Assembly (NCBI GenBank): GCA_965228895.1
Contig: OZ245842.1
Location: 5,376,001-5,440,000, forward strand
Source of the DNA: Alphaproteobacteria bacterium
Lineage (GTDB): Bacteria > Pseudomonadota > Alphaproteobacteria > SP197
Length of the DNA stretch: 64,000 bases
Reading direction: 5' to 3'
Shown here: in pieces, positions 61,795 to 64,000 of the stretch
How positions within the stretch are numbered: the stretch's first letter is position 1
How the letters are laid out: each line of letters starts with the position of its first letter
Position numbers and translations under genes: made by a program
The notes under the pieces: model-generated
What the model was told of the DNA's origin: nothing
What the model saw: the letters and a program-made list of their open reading frames with translations, nothing else
The model's database searches: none

Positions 61795-62964
61795 ATGCCG
61801 CTATTTGCCGCCTTTCCGGAAGCTGAACATCGCGCGCGGCTGGCCCGCGCGCGCCATGTGCTGCGCGAGGCCGGTTTCGAAATCGCCGTCGTCATGGCGC
61901 CGGAGCATCTGTTCTATCTGGGCGGCTACGACAGCTGGGTTGCCGTCAACAGTCCGCAGGCGATGATCTTCGGTCTTGCCGACGACGACGAACCGGTCAT
62001 CGTCGTGCGCAACGTCGATCTCTCTCTCGTGACCGAGACATCCTGGGTCCGCGACATCCGCACCTATCATCTTCATGTCGACGATCCCATGGCGACCATT
62101 GCGGCGGCGGCGGAGGAAAAGGGCCTGCGCGACGGGCCGGTCGCGATCGAGACACAGTCTTACGTGGTGACCCGGGCGCTGGCCGAACGGCTCCAAGAGG
62201 CGCTGTCGCCGGCACCGCTCCGTGACGCGACCGAAGTGCTGGGCAGGCTTCGCTGGCTGAAGTCCGACCTTGAGATCGCCGCGCTGCGCCGGGCCGCCGG
62301 CTATGCCGAAGCGGGCCTTGAGGCTGCCCGGCGCACCCTTCGGCCTGGAATCACCGAGGTTGCCCTAGCCGCTGAGATCGAGGCGGCGATGCGCCGGTCG
62401 GGCAGCGACTTTTGGGCGATTCCGACGGAACTCACCTCCGGCAACCGTAACGCGGGCGGCCATGGCACGCCGAGGCTACGGGTCATCGAACCCGGCGACC
62501 TCGTGCATATGGAGTTCGCCGGCGTCGACCGGCGCTATCACGCGGTGGCGATTTCGACCATGGCGGCTGGCGAGCCGGACCGCGAGGACCGCGACCTCTA
62601 TGAGCTCACCCGGGCCTCGCTGGCCGCGGGTATGGCAGCGATCCAGCCCGGCGTGCCGGTAGCCGACGTCGAGGAGGCGTCGCTTGAGCCGTTGCACGCC
62701 GCCGGGCTGGCCGACGCGGCGATGATGCGCTTTGGCTACGGCATCGGCATTGCCTACCCGCCGGTCTGGCTCGAGACCCTGCAGATCAGCCGGGGCATCG
62801 ATCAACGCCTGGAACCCGGCATGGTGTTTGTCCTCCATGCCTGCCTCGCCCTGCCGGACCAGCAACGCGGCACCATTCAAGGCGGCACCTGGATGCTCGG
62901 CGAGGCCGGCCTGGAGATGCTCGTCGGCCCGGGCGATGTCGCGCTGGAGGTCGTGGCGGGGTAG
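61795..62964 (+). CDS. M24 family hydrolase, ectoine hydrolase (DoeA/EutD)/creatinase-like
   Basis: F...EH..RL, R.LKS..EI, GHGTP, RYHA, RFGYGIGIAYPPVW, LEPGMVF. Confidence 0.8.
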   Translation: MPLFAAFPEAEHRARLARARHVLREAGFEIAVVMAPEHLFYLGGYDSWVAVNSPQAMIFGLADDDEPVIVVRNVDLSLVTETSWVRDIRTYHLHVDDPMATIAAAAEEKGLRDGPVAIETQSYVVTRALAERLQEALSPAPLRDATEVLGRLRWLKSDLEIAALRRAAGYAEAGLEAARRTLRPGITEVALAAEIEAAMRRSGSDFWAIPTELTSGNRNAGGHGTPRLRVIEPGDLVHMEFAGVDRRYHAVAISTMAAGEPDREDRDLYELTRASLAAGMAAIQPGVPVADVEEASLEPLHAAGLADAAMMRFGYGIGIAYPPVWLETLQISRGIDQRLEPGMVFVLHACLALPDQQRGTIQGGTWMLGEAGLEMLVGPGDVALEVVAG

Positions 62965-62970
62965 ATTATA

Positions 62971-63107
62971 TGCTGCAGAATTGCAGCAGTTGATGGCGAT
63001 TCGCAGCATAAAATGGGCCGTGTGATACTCGGTGCCGATGGCGACCAGTTTAAACCTTTGATTTCTAATAAGAAAAAATTTCGTTCCCGAATGGCATCGC
63101 CCTTGCA
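62971..63107 (+). promoter_or_regulatory. Sigma54 promoter with IHF site and upstream palindrome
   Basis: TGGCATCGCCCTTGCA (GG-N10-GC, 63092-63107); IHF match AATCAA-AGGT-TTA on the minus strand (63051-63063); palindrome TGCTGCA-GAAT-TGCAGCA (62971-62988). Confidence 0.75.
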
Positions 63108-63180
63108 ACGATGAGGGCGGGAAGCACTGCCGCCAAGAGACCGATCAAGGGTTCCGGCGGAGAAGGGAACTGGGAGACAC

Positions 63181-64000
63181 GTGACGGGCGCCAATACGCC
63201 GACGTCGGCCAGCGACGACCTGACCGAGCAACTGACCGAGCGCGGCGTGCGCACGGTGCACGTGGTGATTCCTGATCTTGACGGTAGCCTGAGGGAACGC
63301 CGGCTGGCCCCCGGCGACCTCACCGCCGTGTTCGGCGATGACGGCAGCTTCGTCAACGTGTTGCACAAGTGGGATACCGCCGATGCGGTCTATCGCGACG
63401 GCCCGTTTGTCGGCGAGGCCATGCGGATCGACACCGCGTCGCTGCGCGATTATCCGTTTGAAGACAATGCCGCCCTGGTCTTCGCCGACTATGCCGGCAT
63501 TTCGGCGCCGCTCAGCCCGCGTGAGGTCCTGAAGACCCAGATCGCCCGCGCCGATGCCATGGGCTACGCGGTGAATACGGCGCTGGAGTTCGAGTTCATC
63601 GTCATCGACGAGACCGGCGAAAGTCTGCGTGAAAAGGGCTGGGAAGGCTTCGACACCTATGCGGTCGACAACCGCTGCTGGTCGGCGCAGTCGGCGGCGA
63701 TCTATGCGGATCTGGTGGCCGAACTGGAAACTGTCTTGGAGCGTGCGGGGGTCGGCCTGTTCGGCCTGGGCCTGGAACTGGGCGCCGGCTGTTTCGAAGG
63801 CACCTTGCGCGCGACCGATGCGCTGCGTGCGGCCGACGAAGCCGTCCTGTTCAAGACCTTCACCAAGGCATTCGCGCGGCGCAACGGCCTCACGGCAAGT
63901 TTCATGGCGCAGCTCTCGGCCAACTTTCCGGGACTGTCGGGCCATGTCCATCTGTCGCTCGCCGACAAAGAGGACGGCCAGAACCTGTTTCATGACGCCG
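63181..64000 (+). CDS. Glutamine synthetase family (gamma-glutamyl ligase-like) protein, truncated by the window end
   Basis: Manual translation from GTG after GGGAGA: PDLDGSLRERR, SPREVLK, ALEFEF, AADEAVLFK, ASFMAQ, SGHVHLSL. Confidence 0.88.
   Translation, partial: MTGANTPTSASDDLTEQLTERGVRTVHVVIPDLDGSLRERRLAPGDLTAVFGDDGSFVNVLHKWDTADAVYRDGPFVGEAMRIDTASLRDYPFEDNAALVFADYAGISAPLSPREVLKTQIARADAMGYAVNTALEFEFIVIDETGESLREKGWEGFDTYAVDNRCWSAQSAAIYADLVAELETVLERAGVGLFGLGLELGAGCFEGTLRATDALRAADEAVLFKTFTKAFARRNGLTASFMAQLSANFPGLSGHVHLSLADKEDGQNLFHDA

Overview
GC-rich chromosomal segment of an alphaproteobacterium, judged from the ccm, ccoNOQP-GHIS and FnrL-type genes, CtrA-like boxes and family-typical intergenic palindromes. 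I see no tRNA, rRNA, CRISPR array, transposase or phage gene. In order the window holds: a truncated NADH:flavin oxidoreductase and an FAD-linked oxidase; an M48 peptidase; a xanthine-dehydrogenase-family molybdoenzyme operon with MoaD/ThiS and a YqeC-like selenium accessory gene; three tandem NylB-like serine hydrolases; GNAT, DUF1028 and sodB; a ccmABCDEFHI operon lacking ccmG that continues into a FOXRED1-like oxidoreductase and ctaA; a Rieske fusion protein; acnA; accessory kinase, cyclase and GNAT genes; a sodium:solute symporter; a PadR-Nudix-carbamoyltransferase-PIG-L block; a signalling island (two PilZ paralogs, atypical receiver, Hpt, 5-PAS hybrid kinase); an FNR-box-controlled hemerythrin-FNT pair, cbb3 oxidase and FNR; opgGH; a DoeA-like M24 hydrolase; and a truncated sigma54-driven glutamine-synthetase-like gene. 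The best leads for undescribed biology are the FOXRED1-like gene coupled inside a respiratory-assembly operon, the possibly selenium-dependent Mo hydroxylase with a structured upstream RNA, the leaderless PadR plus degenerate Nudix pair, the CtrA-box/PilZ/phosphorelay island, and an unannotated 40-aa membrane peptide. All family assignments come from motif recognition by eye, with no database searches.
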